From Girardia tigrina (Eukaryota), in the NCBI GenBank assembly GCA_001938485.1, contig MQRK01168403.1, forward strand, positions 7,199 through 71,198: 64,000 nt of DNA, read 5' to 3'. Below are positions 25,255 to 38,357 of the stretch, piece after piece. Made by a program: the position numbers and the translations under genes. How positions within the stretch are numbered: position 1 is the stretch's first letter; each line of letters starts with the position of its first letter. The notes below the pieces were generated by a model. It did not search any database and was not told the DNA's origin. It saw nothing but the letters and a program-made list of their open reading frames with translations.

Positions 25255-25344
25255 ATATTAAATTAAGAGATTTTGAGGATATTATGTAAATATAATATAT
25301 TATAGATCTTCTCAGTTTTCAATGCATTATGAAGTATCAGGAAA

Positions 25345-25389
25345 AATAATAATAATAATAATAATAATAATAATTATTATTATTATTAT
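25345..25389. repeat. (AAT)n then (TTA)n microsatellite
   Basis: Direct reading; flanks the gypsy 3' LTR. Confidence 0.9.
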
Positions 25390-28300
25390 TATTAAGAACA
25401 TTAATTGGGTTTCTTTACATTTATTTATATCACAATTTGAATTGCCACTAGAACAATTCTCCGTAAAACTTGCGTAACTCGTCATCGTTCTTGATTGATA
25501 ATCTTTAATAATATTCTTTAACGTCTTATTATTCAAACAAATTTAAATTATATTTTAATTATTACAAAAATAATTTATACTTTAAATTTAAAATAATTTT
25601 TATTTATGATAAGAAAATATTATTTATGAAATATTAGTTTAATTTTAAAGTGATTATTTAAATTTTAATAATTGATTAAACAACCCGACGTTTTAAAATA
25701 TTTAAAATATCAATCTTCCATCTGCGTGAGAGAAACACAATCCTAAAACAACATACCAAACAACACACAATAAACACCATTCAAAATCATTCCTCACATC
25801 CCCCTCGATTTAAATGACTTTAGCCATTCTACATTTCTTATCAAAATTCTACCATCTAATTCCAATTCATAACTTCTTTCATGTCTACGGTTCTTAATTG
25901 TTACCGGACCCATATATCGATCTTCTTCATTTTTATGTTTTCTCTCTTTATCAACACTTTGTCACAAACTTGAAAAGTTCGATTTGTCTCTACTACATTT
26001 TTGCTCTTTTCTTTCCTGATCTTTTCTTCCTTGGTATTTCTCCACCAATGTCTTAACTTCTTGCTAAATATTGTTTCCGCTGGTGAGACGCCTATAGTAG
26101 CTTTAATTGTGCTATTTAACATAAATTCTACCTCTGGTAAAATTTCCGTCCAGTCTTTGTGAGTTTCATCCTTCATTCGTATATTTATAGCATCTCTAAT
26201 TGTTCCGAATTGTCGCTCCACGATCCCGTTGGTTTTGTGGTGGTAGGGACTGGAATATACTGTTTCCGCTTTAAACTTATTGTGTTTTTAAAAAAGTGCT
26301 GATTCGAATGTTTTTCCTCTATCGACATAGATATCTTTTGGTGGTCCGAATTTCAAAATCCATTTGTCTCGTACTACTTTTCTAACGGTTTTCTCGCCTT
26401 GATGGACAACGGCATTTAAACTTATGTATCTGCTAAATTGATCGATTATCGCAGAAATCCATGTATAGTTTTAGGAAGGGTTCATCTGAAAATTGTTTCA
26501 TGTGATTCTCTTTTGTTTTCGTTGTTAGGGTCTTTCTTTTCTGACAAATTTACACAGCTTTGTACGATTTCCTTTATAGTTTCTCCCATGTCATTCATAG
26601 TAAAGTCATATTTTAAATAATTGTAAACTTTCTTGCTACCAGCGTGACATAGCATCTTGTGTATACCTTCCACAAATTCAGTTCTTTTGATTTTCGGGAT
26701 CCAGTATTTATTATGCATTGTCGTCACGATATCATCTTTCAGTATCCATTTCTTTGTTTTCCCAGTTCTAAGATCTTCTCTAATTTGGTTTATCTCATCA
26801 TTATCTTTCTGCCATCTGAATTCTGTTAATTCATCGTCAAGGGCTAAGATTCTTGTTTTAATTTTTCCCTTCTTAGGTTCTTCGTGTATCGTCTGACATT
26901 GTACACACATTTCGCAGGAATTCCTCGACATTGCATCGGCGTTAGAGTGTTTTTCACCTTTCCCGTATTCCATTGTCATGTCCAACCCACTTAGAACGTT
27001 TATCCAAGTTTGAAATTGCGGAGTGATTGGGTTCTTTGTCGTCAACATAAATGTGATGGCTTTGTGATCTGTTCTTAATAAAATTTTTTGCCGTAAAGAT
27101 AGTGTTTAAAGTGTTACGTAAAATAGTAGATTTCCAGCAGTTCCTTTCTCGTAATACAGTATCCCAATTCATTCTTGTTCATTATGTGGCATCCATATGC
27201 ATTCACTCTTTCTCTTCCATATATATATTTCTGTGATAGCACTGCTCCAATGGTATCAAAGCTGGCGTCTGTATCCAATATGAACTATTTTTCAAAATCT
27301 GGATATGCTAGTATTGGTGTTTTGATCTTTTTTCCTTTTATTTCTGAAATGCCTCGTTACACTCTTCCGTCCATATAATTTTTTTATCTTTATTCTTTCC
27401 ACACAGCCCTTCCAATACTTTTGAATATTTTTGCGTAGTCTTTAAGAAGTTTGTTAAACCCAAAAAACTTCTTAAGTGCTTAACACATGAAGGGTTCTGA
27501 AACTTGCTAATCGCATCGATCTTTGTCTGATCCGTTTCTATGCCATCTTTGCTGATCACGTATCCTAAAACTTTGTCCTTTCAACCAAGAAGTGGAATTT
27601 CTCAGGGTTTATTGTTAGACCATATTCCTTTATTTTATAAAATATATGTTCAATTCGTTTGAGGTGTTCCTTTTTATCTTTCTCAAAAATTAGAATATCG
27701 TCCAATTATACAACTGCCTCTTTCCAGTTCAATTCGCCCAAAACTTTTACCATTAGTTTTTGGAACGTTGCTGGTGCCATCGCATTCTCTTGAAACAGTA
27801 TTGACCATTCTTTGTTGAAAATGCTGTTTTGATTTTTGATTCATCTTCCAGTTCTACTTGATTGTATGCGCTTCCTAAGTCGATCGTGCTAAAGTACCTT
27901 GCTCCATTTAGTGTGTTCAGCATCTCTTCTACACTTGGCATTGGAAAAGCAGGTCTGACCGTGATTTTGTTTAATTGTTGAAAATCTACGCACACTCTTA
28001 TGTTCTGTGTCTCTTTTTTCCAAACACATACTAGAGGGAAATTCCACGGGGAACTGCACTTTTGGATAATATCGTTTTCTTCATAATTTATAATGATATC
28101 GTCTATTTTTTCTTCGAAATGTTCCAGCTGTCGATACGGTTTCACTAATACCGGTTCTCCATGCGTTTTGATTTTATGTTTTGTCAGTAAGGTTCTTCCA
28201 ATATCCCATTTGTCGCCCATAAATATTGATTTATATTCTCTTAAAAGTCCCATTAGTTGGTCGTCAATTTTATTTTCGTACAGCTCTTTAATTCTTTTTA

Positions 28301-28564
28301 GTCTATCCTCATCAGAGGGGCTGCCTCGTATTACTAATACATTGTCTGTATGAGGTGGTTCTTTATTCAACTTTATTCCAAATTTGTCCAAAAAATCTAT
28401 TCCTGCTATCATTTCTGGGTAATTTAAATTTTAATAATTGATTAAACAACCCGACGTTTTAAAATATTTAAAATATCAATCTTCCATCTGGTTGGGAGAG
28501 ACACAATCATAAAACAACATACAAAACAACACACAATAAACACCATTCAAAAATATTCCTCACA
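25390..28564 (-). mobile_element. Internally deleted Ty3/gypsy element: 5' LTR remnant (~28422-28564), RT-RH-IN, PPT, 3' LTR (25390-25798)
   Basis: The LTR copies align; PPT CGAGGGGGA (25799-25807) directly precedes TGTGAGG; RT (WNFPLV, CVDF, IDLGSAY); integrase zinc-binding region (H...CHAG...C-x2-C-like) and core (SSPYHHKTNGIVER); gag and most of PR deleted; flanks ATTAT/ATAAT. Confidence 0.95.
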
Positions 28565-28572
28565 ATAATAAT

Positions 28573-28614
<42 letters not shown>
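28565..28614. repeat. (TAA)n microsatellite
   Basis: Direct reading; flanks the gypsy 5' LTR. Confidence 0.95.
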
Positions 28615-28615
<1 letters not shown>

Positions 28616-29599
28616 CTTTTCCTCAACACTTTAATTTACACATGTTTGCTATTATCAAATATCCAAGGTATAAATTTCATTTGACAAAAATATCAAACAC
28701 CTTTTCAGTTGTATTCAGAACTCGCTTACGTGTAAAGGTTGTGATGTCGTTTCAGTAAGAGAATCCAGGAACACAGTCATATGTAGAAATTAAAATATTA
28801 AAATGATCTACTTTTCAACGATAATTTTATTTCTTTATAATATTACATACAATAAAGTTTTTTTCAGTTATTATATCCGATAAAGAAAACTTTATATTAG
28901 ATTGTAATTTCATATTATTTATATAATAGAATTTCTTTAAATGCTTAGTTTAAAGTTTAAACTGAATAAATTTATTGTGTAAAATAAATATTACGATTTT
29001 AAAAATTAAACAAATACCAAAAAAAGGGGAATACCTAAATAATCTTTAATCTAAATGAAACATTCGTTCAGCCTACATATGTCCCCATTGCATCAACCAC
29101 GCCTCCTATAGATACAGGAATCCGAGTATTAAAACTCTGCTTTGTGGAATGTTTTACACTGCACCTGAAGCTTTAGATTTTCCATAATGCATCTGATATT
29201 CATATTATTATTATTGCAGTACAACTAAATCTAAATTAAGTATAATTTTTTAAAAGCAATTATAAAACTGTGAGTAATTACCATTATGAATTGAAAAATA
29301 CGGAAATAGTTTTAATTAAACTAATTACTTTTTAATTTGCATTTTACACTATCCTCAACCATCCACACGTTGATGGGGATCAATCTAGTTGATCTCAAAC
29401 GTAGCCGAAGTTTTTAATACGTTTAATTTTCAGAATGTTTTTCGAAATACAATAGTTTTTTGTTTCATTGTCTTTGAGACATGTGAGAAGCAATCCGAAT
29501 CTAAATCTTTACCTAAAAATTTTGAAGATTGCTCTTAAACTTTTTTGATAGTGATTTCAAAATTCCAAATTACCAACCGGTTAAGAAAAGCGCTTAAGT

Positions 29600-29970
29600 A
29601 TATGTTTTGGTGTGATCCGACCTTGGGATCACTGCTGAATCACAAATTATTTTGTCAGTCTCAAAGATTTTTGGTCGAATATTTCAGTGTCGATTACTTA
29701 TTCTGATAGCCCAATCTTCGTTGTAGAAATATGCTTTCATTCTTATAAGTCTCTCAACGCTACCCGAATTTTCATGAGTCAAACCCCAAACCAACACGAT
29801 CCGACTGTATTTTATAACATCCACAATTAACCCAAATGTAAACTTTGTGAATCTTAACTTTTTGATAAATCGTATATTTGTCAACCCGATTTTCTAAAAT
29901 GTAACCCGAATCCCACCGGACCCAAAGTAACAAATCACTAACCCGACCCGATATCGGAGGGTAAACGCTA
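29600..29970. mobile_element. Probable hAT-type subterminal remnant
   Basis: Repeated ACCCGA/ACCCAA motifs ending ...AAACGCTA. Confidence 0.4.
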
Positions 29971-30318
29971 ATACATTTTTCTTTCGAGTAAATTATAAGA
30001 GAAATTGGTGAAAAAAAGAGAAAACCCGGGTTCTGTAAAGGAATAATTTTATTTTTGAAAATTTTTTTATAATTTAACTAAATAAACTATAATTAGTAAC
30101 ATATCTGTTGCGGAGACCGTACCTCAAGTAAGTCAACGCTGTTGAAGACTAATGGTGTGCTCGAAATGATTTTTTACATTAAAAGTTTATATATGTTTGC
30201 AAATCTTATGAATGACAATTCCTTTGAATTTTAAAATACCGACAAGGAATCACTCTAAATAAAAGTAGATAGACCTTAAAATTTCAACAATATTTTTATT
30301 TGATCAAAAATTGTTAAT

Positions 30319-30729
30319 TGTGACGAATCTTTCATTACAAAGACATTCACACACAAGCACAAGCATGCATCCAATCACATCGGACATTTACATTTTCTTT
30401 TCTCCATTGGACAACACACTCTTCAATAACACACATGCCATCAACCACTTTATTAATTAGACAATTCAAACACATCCAACATACACATACACGTTAATCG
30501 ATTTCATGATGTTGGTGATTAATACTCATCGAATCATTAAAGTTCAAATCGAAAATTTGAAAAACCCGATGTAAAGTTCACGAAATTTCAACAAGAAAGC
30601 GATTCGATTATCACAGAAAATTGAGAATTAGCGGCAAAATCGTCAAAATGAAATTAAATTTGGTGAAATCGGAATAATTAAACGGAGAAATATATGTCGA
30701 AATTCGTAATGAAAACAAAATGCTCACCA

Positions 30730-30730
<1 letters not shown>
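30319..30730. repeat. LTR-like fragment
   Basis: Begins TGTGACG; CA-rich U3-like composition with CCAAT and ATGCAT motifs; ends at a (TA)n tract. Confidence 0.3.

Positions 30731-30732
<2 letters not shown>

Positions 30733-30767
<35 letters not shown>
30733..30767. repeat. (TA)n microsatellite
   Basis: Direct reading. Confidence 0.95.
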
Positions 30768-30773
<6 letters not shown>

Positions 30774-32314
30774 GTATATCTGAATAATTATTTATTCAAT
30801 TTCAAATTTACTTTTATTTAATTTACTTGTTAATTTAAATACTTCATCTAATTTTTAATTTCTTTTTACTTTAATTTATTAATGATTTTACTTATTTACT
30901 TTATCTTAATTTACATGACTTATTTTATTTAATTTATCTTAATTTAATCAATGGCACTCCACTATTCCAATCTAATATCCGAAAATAAAGTCTTCTTTTT
31001 TCATAATTAAATGTATATTTGAAAAGTTTTCATTTAAAATAAAACATTCATATTAACATTTAAATATTTTACAAATTAAATTCTAATTGCTGATAATGGA
31101 GGTAGAAACTCCGAAATTTGTTCAATAATCAATTTCTAAAAATAGCTTTAACTAAATTATTTTTCAAAAATATTAAAAAGATAACACCAGATAATTTGTT
31201 TAAATAACCGAATGAGATTGGATATATTCTGTTGATTTCAAGTCAGTATGAGGAATAGTGGAGGTGCGTTACAATATTATGAAAGCAATTCTCATTGTTT
31301 TGAAATAAAGATTCTGAAGAAGTTGTATTATATTATTTCATACTTATATTTTTGTTATTAACAATCTTAAACTTCAGTAAAAAATATATAAATATATAAT
31401 ATTTCTAAAATATTTATTTATTAAATGTTTATTGATGATTTTTTAAAAGAATAAAATGTTTCACTATTTACAAATGAATTTGTATTGATTTAAATTTGTC
31501 TTAAATAAAATCATTTAAATTTCAAAAAAGTATTTTAAATACAAAAATATATAAGTAATAACTATGCAAGTCATACATAATAAATAAATTGACCGAAGAT
31601 TCAATGGGAAATAATATTTTCCAAATAACATTTACTTCAATGCCGAGAGACAAAACTAAATCAATGTTTTTTATTCGATTGTTGAAATTATTTTTCAAAT
31701 AAATAATATATGAAAAAATTCATTAGGAAATATATTTTAGTTCATATTTTTTTAAAAATTTTATTATATAAAAAATTTTATTATTACAATACTAAAAATA
31801 TTACATATGAGTATATTATAGAAAAAGGGAACTTAGTAACAACTAAATTAAGTTCTAAATTCCTTTCTAGTACAATAATGCAAAAAAATAAATATTTAAT
31901 TTCTAGTAAAATATATTAACGTATAACACATTAACGGAACGATAAAAAATAGCGAAGATATTTAGATAATCACAGAAAAGGAAACGTGGAATTCTGAGGA
32001 AAGATCAAAATTAAATTATTAGTTACTTAGAATGTACAAAAAGAGATCTTTAGTTAGCAGTTCGTTGAATAGTTAATAATTGTAACTCAAAATTCGCTAT
32101 TAATTTTTTCGTAGATAGTACTGAAGTAATCGGATATTGGTTCATCGACTTGTTTATAAATGATTCCTGAAATGAGTTTTGAATGGTATTTAGATTATTT
32201 GACGATGATTCGAAATTTGTTTGTTGAATTGTTTGATGGAAATAGGATAGGTTCGGTTGTAGGATTAAACTTGTAGTTGAAAAAATAATTTGTTATGTTA
32301 TTAGCTGTCAAGTA

Positions 32315-32765
32315 TGTGAGGGATAATTTGGAATGTTGTAAGTTTGTTGTTTGTATGCTGTTTAGATTTGTGACTCTCCAACTCAGATGGGATTGATATG
32401 TTATTTGATTAATTATTTGAATCTAATGAAATTAATTTAATGATATTAATTTTAAATACTAATTAATTAAAGTTTGATAATTATGAATTTTAATAATATT
32501 TTCTGTAAACTATTTTAACTTATTAAATGTAATATATTTTAAAAATTAATGTTTATTTAAAAAATTGTGTAATGACTTTTATCCAATAAAAATTATGAGA
32601 AATTAAAATTTATTATTAAACTTTCCCATTCATTGTTTTTTTTAGATTTGAATATATTAACAAAAAACTATATCAATCAAAGAAAGATGACCAATGAAAA
32701 TTGTTGTGAAGAAACTGCTTGTGTTGTCAATAAATGTTTGCATTCAAATTGTGATGCTGTTAATA
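32315..32765 (+). mobile_element. Gypsy 5' LTR (family B), followed by PBS
   Basis: TGTGAGGGAT...GCTGTTAATA then TGGCGATCACGG; homologous to 17563-18037. Confidence 0.9.
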
Positions 32766-33517
32766 TGGCGATCACGGCTCATGTGACAACGAACATTATG
32801 GGATGTGAAAAATTCAATGGATCAGAATCGGATTTGGAAGATTTCATTGATAATTTCGAACGCTATTCCGACATTATGGGTATTACACCATCGGCAATAA
32901 AAAAATATTCAGAGATGGACTGTAAAAATTACAAAGAAAAATTGAAGGCTGCATTTACCAAAGAAAAATCCATTCTGGATACAATGAAGGAGTTGGTAAA
33001 CTTACGGTGGGGATCCTCCAACCCAGAAGAAACATATAAAAAAGCAGAAGAACTTGTGAATATACTAACCAAAGAAAAATTGTATAAAAAAGAACATCTC
33101 AACCTTTCCTGTTTAAATATGGTTGACAGTTATGAAATCAAAAAAGAATTAAAACTGAAAGGAACAAATGAAACCAAAGATATAAAAAGCGTAGTTACCA
33201 ATATGTACGAACTACGTAAAATGGAAAGTGAGGAAACAGTGGCAGCATATACGACGGTAAATAAACAAGATAATTGGAAAACCGTAACTAGACGCAAAGC
33301 TGTACACAATGAAAGAACCCCACATAGCCATTACGAACAAAACAATAGGAACCAAGGAAATAATGGATTCAAACCGAAAAACAATTATTACAGAAACGTA
33401 AAATGTTATGCATGTCAAGAAGAAGGCCACATAAAAAGAGATTGCCCAAATGTGAAGTGTACTCAATGCAACAGAAATGGCCATTATAGAACTCAATGTT
33501 TTAAAGTTATAAAGTAG
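32687..33517 (+). CDS. gag: Ty3/gypsy Gag (open frame, 3'-truncated element)
   Basis: Two CCHC knuckles, CYACQEEGHIKRDC and CTQCNRNGHYRTQC; N-terminal FNGSESDLEDFIDNFERY is homologous to the gag at 21304-21543. Confidence 0.9.
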   Translation: MTNENCCEETACVVNKCLHSNCDAVNMAITAHVTTNIMGCEKFNGSESDLEDFIDNFERYSDIMGITPSAIKKYSEMDCKNYKEKLKAAFTKEKSILDTMKELVNLRWGSSNPEETYKKAEELVNILTKEKLYKKEHLNLSCLNMVDSYEIKKELKLKGTNETKDIKSVVTNMYELRKMESEETVAAYTTVNKQDNWKTVTRRKAVHNERTPHSHYEQNNRNQGNNGFKPKNNYYRNVKCYACQEEGHIKRDCPNVKCTQCNRNGHYRTQCFKVIK

Positions 33518-33671
33518 AATAACAATTTTTAATGTTAAATTTATAAATTAATATAATATCGATTTATGGTATATATTTTTACTAAGTATTTAATACATAT
33601 AGTTTATTTATATATCTGAAAGATAATTGAAAAATAACGTTGTTAAGATTATTTTTTTAATTTTATATTTA

Positions 33672-33928
33672 TTTAATAAAAATTTGATCCGATACATTGC
33701 TTGTAATATCTAGCGATATCAATCACTTTGTTCTGGACAAATACAATTTGGGGAACAGTGCTCTAAGCTGTTAATTTAACATATTTATGTTTATACAGTT
33801 GCTCTGGATGAACCGTCTGGAGGTGGCAGCTTAGAGCACTGTTCCCCAAATTGTACTGGTCCAGAGCAAACTGATTGATATCGCAAGATATTACAATAAG
33901 TAATGCATCGAATCAAATTTTTATTAAA
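33672..33928. repeat. Long inverted repeat (~100-bp arms, ~56-bp spacer)
   Basis: 33672-33770 is the reverse complement of 33827-33928, including the perfect core TACAATTTGGGGAACAGTGCTCTAAGCTG. Confidence 0.92.
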
Positions 33929-35020
33929 GTGTTTGGATTCTTATAATATTTTTTGTCCATTTATAATCATGGCTTCTTAAAAAATATTAAATTCAGTATC
34001 TAAAAAACAATTTATTCGATACATTTTCCCATAAGTGTAAGATCCAGTAAGCTTTTAATCGGATCTGAATCTTAAAAAGTGTTCCGGTAGTCGGATATCT
34101 AGATTCCAGCTTTGGTACATCTTTAAAAATATAAAATATAAGTTATAGCTCTGCATGAATAATATGGAGGATTTGATCGAAAATATAGATCAATAAAAGA
34201 ATTTCATATTGAACGATTTCTGAAAAAAATTGTTTAAAAAAAGAGTAAAAAAAGTTATGAAAACGAATGAATTAGTTTTATTTTAAGTTTAAATGTTTCA
34301 GTTTTTTATGTTAAGCATGGATTGTTATTGCGAGAAGAATTCAGAATTATGTTCGGTGGGTTTTTGTTACATCCATTCTCAATATTTTGTAATTTGATTC
34401 ATTCTTCAAGAGTTTGGAAAGGTCATGGATCTTCAAGTTGAAGTCTTTTACTCGTTGAAATGGATTATTTAAACTCGCGATTTATTTCGGCATATAATGG
34501 TCCAATTGATATCCGGATGAAATGTAAAAAAATAAATAAATAAATCTGATAAATAATCAGAAAATAAATAATAAAATTTTGAGGCCATTTGAAAAACAAT
34601 ATTCATTAAACAAATAAAACATTTAAAATTTTTAATTTAAATCTGTAAATCACAAAACTGGTTAAATTTTGGCAGTTGAGGAATAAAATGTTATTGTTTA
34701 CTCAGTTTTAATAATTCCGTTTGTAAATAGGCTACTTTTAGAGAAGAGATGGAGCCAAACAAATATTTCCCATGAGTGAGAGTATTCGGTGTGATTTTGA
34801 AATATGATGATTCTGTGAAAAAATTAAAATAATGAAATTAACCGATTTTAATTAATTTATGAATTTGTGATTGAAGTGACCAAAAATTAAATTATATCAA
34901 TATTTACAAGTATACTTATATATTAAAATTACAATATTATTTATAACAAAAAATTCGTGTGGTTTTCCAAAATATTCCACAGATTATCAATCCAACATTT
35001 CGGTAACTAATTACCAGTAA

Positions 35021-36480
35021 CACTGGGGAACACATATTTTGTTGCAAGATATTTGACAACTGTTTACAAGTAATGTTGGCGTGCTGATTTTAAATATATT
35101 GTTCGTTTTTTTCGGGCAGATCTAGTTTTTTAGCAATCTTAAGATGTTGATTTTATTAAATTTGTACTACATATTACGCATCTAGCCAAATATCTATTAT
35201 CATGATTTTTAAATTTCTTATAAAGCTCCACTATAATTCCCAAACTAGCAACCGAAGAGTTATGTACAGGGATAAGTGAAGTCAGATAAGATTATATTAC
35301 CACATGGAAAAGTTCAAATTCTGTTATACCAATGAATAATCTATATAATGCATAGATGAAACAAAATTGCTACAGTATAACAACAGTTCAATAATGTCAT
35401 TTTAATGAAATTAGTCATTACCATTCTGGTATAAATTTCATTTTGTAGCTTTTGCGTGTGTGATGATCTCCAGTGCTATCACGTTGAATGGTCTAGCAAT
35501 AGTTAGACATCATGTGTTGGTTCCATCTTCCATAGGTACCGCTGTTCCATCATCTACAGGTCTTGTTGAAACCTTTCTCCATGCTCATCCCTGTAGGACC
35601 AAAGGTTTTCTGGGAATCTGTTGCTGTGGCTGTGCAGGAAATGAAGTTTAATGCTCATATTGCATCCTAGGTCTTGAAAGGCTGTAAGCATTCTCTCAAC
35701 ACGAATTTCATAATCATGTGACTTCACATTCCCTAAAACGATTACCAAGCCTCTTTTTCTTGGTCAGACATTACTGTGCGAATCTGAGGTCCGTCAAACA
35801 CTTCTGCTTTGATTTTATCGATTGTTAAAGGCAGAGAATGCAATTACAATGTATTTGAAGCATTCACCATCTTTCGATAAAGTTTAAACAAATTGTTTCA
35901 TAATTCCGAACTTGATGTACAGAAGTGGAAAAATTATTTTATCTCGACTGAAAATTGGATCACTGATGAAATTTAGCATACCTGCTTCAAGATTTTCATG
36001 AATAGGCCACTCCTTCTGGCTCTAATGCTTGTCTCTAGATTTGCTGTGATCACATACAAATAAAGCATGGGAACTTTGTAAAACCTTTCTGTTCACCAAG
36101 GAAAAGGTTAATCATTTTTAGGTCAACACATATCACCCAATCGTGCTCTTGATACTTTAATAAATCGAAGACCAATTTTATGTTGTAATACTCTTCTTTT
36201 AACACGACTGAGTGACCAATAGAAACTGCACCATATTCATAACCATTATGCAATTGAACACATTTTAGACTCCGTTTAGAGATATCTATAAACAATCGCC
36301 ATTCCGCTGGATTGTATGACGATACACCCAGCAATTTTAGAAGATCCGAAATATCATGACAAAACACCAATCCATTTTGGTGAGAGTCAAAAGGCAAGAA
36401 AAGCTTATTTTGATTTTGGTAGAAGGAAACCTTTGCATTCACATCAAGTAAATTTTTTTCATTTAGCCTCGAAGCAATTT
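35021..36480 (-). mobile_element. Decayed Chapaev3-like (CMC) transposon
   Basis: WRLFID.SKRSLK, ICVDLKM...KFPCFIC, KLHFLHSH...DEHGERFQQD motifs; TAA|CACTGG terminus. Confidence 0.8.
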
Positions 36481-36733
36481 TTAATGATTTTATTACTTAT
36501 TCTTTTTTAAAAATAAATAATTCATTTTATTGACAACTTTTATTTATTTTATTTCAAGTGTTATTAGGTGACAAAAATCTAATATAACTTACGTTTTTGA
36601 ATATTCAAAAAAGTGAGAGATTTTTATTTTAAAAGCTTAGGAAAAGGAAACAAACTGTTACTAAAACTATAGCAAAGCTAGAAGGTAATTATGTATCTTA
36701 TCATTTCTTTTTGGATATGATAATTATCAATAA

Positions 36734-37380
36734 NNNNNNNNNNNNNNNNNNNNNNNNNNNNNNNNNNNNNNNNNNNNNNNNNNNNNNNNNNNNNNNNNNN
36801 NNNNNNNNNNNNNNNNNNNNNNNNNNNNNNNNNNNNNNNNNNNNNNNNNNNNNNNNNNNNNNNNNNNNNNNNNNNNNNNNNNNNNNNNNNNNNNNNNNNN
36901 NNNNNNNNNNNNNNNNNNNNNNNNNNNNNNNNNNNNNNNNNNNNNNNNNNNNNNNNNNNNNNNNNNNNNNNNNNNNNNNNNNNNNNNNNNNNNNNNNNNN
37001 NNNNNNNNNNNNNNNNNNNNNNNNNNNNNNNNNNNNNNNNNNNNNNNNNNNNNNNNNNNNNNNNNNNNNNNNNNNNNNNNNNNNNNNNNNNNNNNNNNNN
37101 NNNNNNNNNNNNNNNNNNNNNNNNNNNNNNNNNNNNNNNNNNNNNNNNNNNNNNNNNNNNNNNNNNNNNNNNNNNNNNNNNNNNNNNNNNNNNNNNNNNN
37201 NNNNNNNNNNNNNNNNNNNNNNNNNNNNNNNNNNNNNNNNNNNNNNNNNNNNNNNNNNNNNNNNNNNNNNNNNNNNNNNNNNNNNNNNNNNNNNNNNNNN
37301 NNNNNNNNNNNNNNNNNNNNNNNNNNNNNNNNNNNNNNNNNNNNNNNNNNNNNNNNNNNNNNNNNNNNNNNNNNNNNNNN
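36734..37380. other. Assembly gap (N run)
   Basis: Run of N. Confidence 1.
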
Positions 37381-38355
37381 TTAAAACTTCGACAGTGTCA
37401 ATACTGGTTTTCTAAATTTCGTTCTGAAAAATTTCATCTGAAAGATGCACCACGCTCCGGTCGACCAGTTGAAGTTGATGGCGACAAAATAACAGCACTC
37501 ATCAAATCTAATCCAGATATGACGACGAGAAACGTTGCAGAGACTCTGGAAATATCAAAATCAAGTGTTGGAAGTCATTTAAAGAAACTTGGATTCGTCA
37601 GTAAACTTGATATGTGGTTACCACATGAACTGAAAGAAATTCATTTGGTGAAACGTATAGACATTTGCAATTCCCTTTTGAAGCGAGAACAAAGTGATCC
37701 AATTTTGAAGCGCTTGATTACGGGTGAAGAAAAATGGATTGTTTACAACAATGTGGAACGCCAACGATCATGGACAAAACGTGGTGACCCTGCCAAAACG
37801 ATGCCAAAAGAAGGTTATGCTTTCCGTCTGGTGGGATTTTAAAGGAATTGTGCTTTTTGAACTCCTTCTGAGGAATGAAACCATCAATTCAGACAGATAT
37901 TGTGGTCAGCAGGAGAAATTGGCTCCTTCAATTCATCAGGAAAGTCCTGAATTGGCAAATCGAAAAGGAGTTGTAATTCAGCATGATAACGGAAGACCTC
38001 ATACAAGTTTGACCACTCGCCAGAAACTCTTATCATTGGGTTGGGAGGTTTTGCCGCACCCACCGTATTCTCCAGACTTGGCCCCATCGGATTTTCACAT
38101 ATTTAGATCACTGCAGAAATCCTTAAACAGAAAAACATTCGCCAGTGATGATGACATCAAATAGTTCCTAGATGGCTTTTTTGCTGACAAAGGCAAAGGT
38201 TTTTATGAATCAGGAATAATGAAGCTTCCGGAAAGGTGGAAGAAAGTGATTGAAAATAATGGACAGTATATCGTGTTAAAATATTTGTGCATCCATGTCA
38301 TTTTTTGATAATAAATATTTTAGTAAAAAACGCAATGACTTTTTGGCCAACCCAA
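37381..38355 (+). mobile_element. Mariner (DD34D) element, 5' end in the gap
   Basis: WLPHEL, ITGEEKW, HDNGRPH, HPPYSPDLAPSDF; 3' TIR ACTTTTGGCCAACCCAA|TA. Confidence 0.95.
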
Positions 38356-38357
38356 TA

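Noticed and set aside
26657-28353. Antisense ORFs over gypsy pol and gag (also 18061, 33212)
   Set aside because: Shadow frames of the coding strand.
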